Source: an uncultured Lentisphaeria bacterium (lineage in GTDB: Bacteria > Verrucomicrobiota > Lentisphaeria > Victivallales > UBA1829). From it: a stretch of 64,000 nt of DNA. The translations under genes and the position numbers were made by a program. Shown here piece by piece: positions 61,434 through 64,000 of this stretch (its first letter is position 1; every line of letters begins with the position of its first letter). The notes below the pieces were generated by a model, which ran no database searches, was not told the origin of the DNA, and saw nothing but the letters and a program-made list of their open reading frames with translations. The stretch is taken from the NCBI GenBank assembly GCA_949287225.1, contig CASEFP010000120.1:265-64264 (forward strand), in the 5' to 3' direction.

Positions 61434-63029
61434 ATGCCGAATGAACTGCTGATCGGACTGGATTTCGGAACGGACAGTGTCCGGGCGCTGCTGGCCGCCT
61501 CGGACGGAACCCCGGTCGCCGAGAGCGTCTGTCCCTATCCGCGCTGGAGCGAAGGAAAATACTGTGATCCCGCGTCCAATCAGTTCCGCCAGCATCCGCT
61601 GGATTACATCGAGGGGATGGAAACGGTTGTCCGGGCGGTCCTGAAGGAGTGCGATCCGCACCGGGTCCGGGGGATTGGCGTCGACACGACTGGTTCGACT
61701 CCCTGTGCCGTCGATGTTCTCGGCAGACCCCTGGCGCTGGATCCGCGTTTCTCTGAAAATCCCGATGCGATGTTTCTTCTCTGGAAGGACCATACGGCGC
61801 TGGAGGAGGCGGCGCGCATCAACGAGACGGCAAAAAACGGAAAGGGTCCGGATTATACGGCTTACGAGGGGGGCACCTATTCCTGCGAGTGGTTCTGGAG
61901 CAAGATCTTGTATGTGCTGAAAAGAGATCGTGCAATTCGGGAAAACGCGCATCATTTCCTTGAACACTGTGACTGGATTCCGGCGCTTCTGACCGGGGTC
62001 GGGAATCGTGCCGGACGCTGCGCCGCCGGACACAAGGCGATGTGGCATGAATCCTGGGGCGGTCTGCCGCCGGAGGAGTTTTTCGTCTCAGTCGATCCCC
62101 TGCTCCGAGGAATGCGTGGGCGTCTTTACAGCGAAACTTACACGGCGGACATTCCCGTCGGCACGCTTACGCCGGAATGGGCGGAACGCCTCGGTCTTTC
62201 CACGGAAGTCGTTGTCGCCGGCGGCGCGATCGACTGTCACGCGGGAGCGCTTGGCGCGGGAATCGAAGCCAATCAGATGGTGAAAGTCATGGGAACCTCC
62301 ACCTGTGACCTGATCGTCGCGCCGCATGTGAACAAATGCATCCGCGGCATCTGCGGGCAGGTTGACGGTTCCATCCTTCCCGGCCTGATCGGCATGGAAG
62401 CCGGGCAGGCTGCGTTCGGAGACATCTATTCCTGGTTCCGGCGTCTGCTCTCCTACGGCGGAAACGAGGTAAGTCTGGAACAGCTGGAACGCGATGCCGC
62501 GCTCCTTGAGGATTCCTCGCTGACGGCGCTGGACTGGATGAACGGAAGACGTACTCCCGATGCGGATCCGCTTCTGCAGGGGGCGATTCTCGGAATCGGT
62601 CTTGGCGCGACCGCGCCGATGATCTACCGGGCGCTGGTGGAGAGCACTGCGTTTGGTGCGCGCGCCATTCTGGAACGTTTTCTGGAAGAGGGTCTTGCCA
62701 TTCAGGAAATCAAGGCGATCGGAGGCATTGCCCGGAAATCACCTTTTGTGATGCAATTCTGTGCGGATGTTCTCGGGCGGACGATCTCCGTCGTCAAGTC
62801 TGAGCAGGCATGTGCTCTGGGAAGCGCGATGTATGCCGCTGCCGCTTCGGGAGTCTATCCGGATCTTGCCTCTGCGGTATCCGCGATGAATTCCGGTTTT
62901 GATGCCGTTTATCTGCCCCGGAAGAATTATGATGAGCGCTATCGGCGCTACCGTCTCTGGGGCGCCGCCGCGGAACAGCTCTGTCACTCTTCTTTTTCTG
63001 TTTTTCCGGGCTCCGGCGGAATCGGATAA
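61434..63029 (+). CDS. araB: Ribulokinase (FGGY family, AraB-like)
   Basis: 531 aa. The N-terminus LIGLDFGTDSVRALLAASDG...YPRWSEGKYCDPASNQFRQHPLDYIEGME...GIGVDTTGSTPCAVD...NPDAMFLLWKDHTALEEA closely parallels E. coli AraB as remembered. Confidence 0.86.
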   Translation: MPNELLIGLDFGTDSVRALLAASDGTPVAESVCPYPRWSEGKYCDPASNQFRQHPLDYIEGMETVVRAVLKECDPHRVRGIGVDTTGSTPCAVDVLGRPLALDPRFSENPDAMFLLWKDHTALEEAARINETAKNGKGPDYTAYEGGTYSCEWFWSKILYVLKRDRAIRENAHHFLEHCDWIPALLTGVGNRAGRCAAGHKAMWHESWGGLPPEEFFVSVDPLLRGMRGRLYSETYTADIPVGTLTPEWAERLGLSTEVVVAGGAIDCHAGALGAGIEANQMVKVMGTSTCDLIVAPHVNKCIRGICGQVDGSILPGLIGMEAGQAAFGDIYSWFRRLLSYGGNEVSLEQLERDAALLEDSSLTALDWMNGRRTPDADPLLQGAILGIGLGATAPMIYRALVESTAFGARAILERFLEEGLAIQEIKAIGGIARKSPFVMQFCADVLGRTISVVKSEQACALGSAMYAAAASGVYPDLASAVSAMNSGFDAVYLPRKNYDERYRRYRLWGAAAEQLCHSSFSVFPGSGGIG

Positions 63030-63104
63030 ACATGCCATCCGTTTCCGGCTGACAGTCATATGGCGATGATCATCCGGGAGACGGCGGACAGACCGGTCCG
63101 CATA

Positions 63105-64000
63105 TCATTCTGGCGCATCTTCTGTCAGCTCTTTCAGTTTTACGATTTGCGCTGCGACCTGACTGCGGAAATTCTCCAGTTCGGAAAGAGAGCGCGTCCA
63201 GACATTGGTCGCCTGAACAATGTGGTCGGGCACCTTCAGCAGAGCTTCGACATTCCGGCGGAGCTCCGGATTCATGACGCCTTTCCGCAAGGCGCGATTC
63301 CTGTATTGTTTCAGGATGGAAAGATATTCATAATCCTCCACGCCGTCACGGATATATTGCGCGCGCAACGAGGCGATGACACCATCTTTTTGCGGATAGA
63401 TGAAACAGGCGTCCCCGGGGGCATTTTGAAACGGGAAGCCCCACTCTTCATGAATCCAGCGGTTTGCCAGCTTTTTCCGGTTTTCCGGTGTGGACGGGTG
63501 TCCGGCAATCCATTGTTCGGAAGCCCAGTAGAGAAATCCTCCGGCCTGATATTTCCAGCAGATCAGAGCGGCAATCCGCGGCTCGATTCCCGGACGGTCG
63601 ATCATGAACATCGGAAAATCCGGTTTGTAGAGGCACTGATAGAAATAGAGCGATTCGTTCTCCGGCATGTTCCTGTAATCCGATGGATTGAACTGCGGAA
63701 ACTGCGGGCACCACGCGGTAATATAACCGTTCAGGTTGGAACGATTCCGGACTGCGCCTGCGGAAATGATCGGCGGCAGTTCTTTCTCCAGCTGGCGGAA
63801 TCTGGTTACCGTGCGGCGGATGTATTCCTGCTTTTCCTTGCTCCACGGTTCATCACTCACCTGCAGAACGGCATATTTATAATAGCCTTTTTCCTTGAAA
63901 TATGCGATTGTCTGCCGGAACAGCTGATTTGCCGCGGAAAGCGGATCCTCCGGAAGAAAATCCGTCAGTCTGCCGTTTTCGTCAATGAGGATTTTCCGCG
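63105..64000 (-). CDS. Glycoside-hydrolase-like protein, C-terminal part (DUF4091-like; gene continues beyond the window end)
   Basis: The track ORF 63105..63860 starts with GTG, but the frame stays open to position 64000 (...RKILIDENGRLTDFLPEDPLSAANQLFRQTIAYFKEKGYYKYAVLQVSDEPW...). The C-terminal motifs (GGFLYWASEQW, IRDGVEDYEYLSIL) suggest the DUF4091 family. This assignment is tentative. Confidence 0.55.
   Translation of the reverse strand, partial: RKILIDENGRLTDFLPEDPLSAANQLFRQTIAYFKEKGYYKYAVLQVSDEPWSKEKQEYIRRTVTRFRQLEKELPPIISAGAVRNRSNLNGYITAWCPQFPQFNPSDYRNMPENESLYFYQCLYKPDFPMFMIDRPGIEPRIAALICWKYQAGGFLYWASEQWIAGHPSTPENRKKLANRWIHEEWGFPFQNAPGDACFIYPQKDGVIASLRAQYIRDGVEDYEYLSILKQYRNRALRKGVMNPELRRNVEALLKVPDHIVQATNVWTRSLSELENFRSQVAAQIVKLKELTEDAPE

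Noticed and set aside
59175-62048. 957-aa minus-strand ORF spanning four plus-strand genes
   Set aside because: It runs antisense across the DUF4838 3' end, the sialidase-like gene, the aldolase gene and the ribulokinase 5' end, including their intergenic gaps. It has no motifs. The plus-strand genes each have clear family signatures and tight operon spacing.

Overview
This is a GC-rich chromosomal segment. It reads like a PVC-superphylum bacterium (Lentisphaerota/Kiritimatiellota-like). That placement is an inference from the prepilin-type FTLIELL / H-X9-DG proteins, the DUF4838-type glycan enzymes, PPDK and a sigma-54 activator. I support about 57 protein genes, 2 RNA genes and several repeats or signals.

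Housekeeping genes: ppdK, guaA, rsmD, galE, adk-map-infA, rpmB, recO, lgt, trmL, two pseudouridine synthases, a citramalate/isopropylmalate synthase and an aminotransferase.

RNA genes: a type-A RNase P RNA on the minus strand (9727-10079), hidden under ORF-track ORFs, and tRNA-Leu(CAA) at 54870-54955.

Accessory content:
- Two paralogous glycan loci with the order regulator -> prepilin-like protein -> DUF4838 enzyme. The second continues into a BNR sialidase-like protein, a DapA/NAL-family lyase and a ribulokinase.
- An arnC-arnA-arnD-arnT (L-Ara4N lipid modification) cluster that lacks arnB and carries an extra GT39/83-like paralog.
- A tightly packed ROK kinase-ppx-ppk1 operon.

Most unusual observations:
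1. A hairpin-array inverted-repeat element family. There is a short copy at 41585-41769 and a long copy at 54241-54779 next to tRNA-Leu. The two copies differ by compensatory stem changes and have GNRA loops.
2. A four-gene envelope cluster at 37151-39697 of unknown function. It includes two mini-ORFs with strong ribosome-binding sites that are absent from the ORF track.
3. An SGNH hydrolase whose catalytic blocks are in circularly permuted order.
4. A tandem NDK-like protein.

I saw no CRISPR array, integrase, transposase or recognisable defence system. Many long ORFs in the track are antisense shadows of real genes, as expected in GC-rich DNA.
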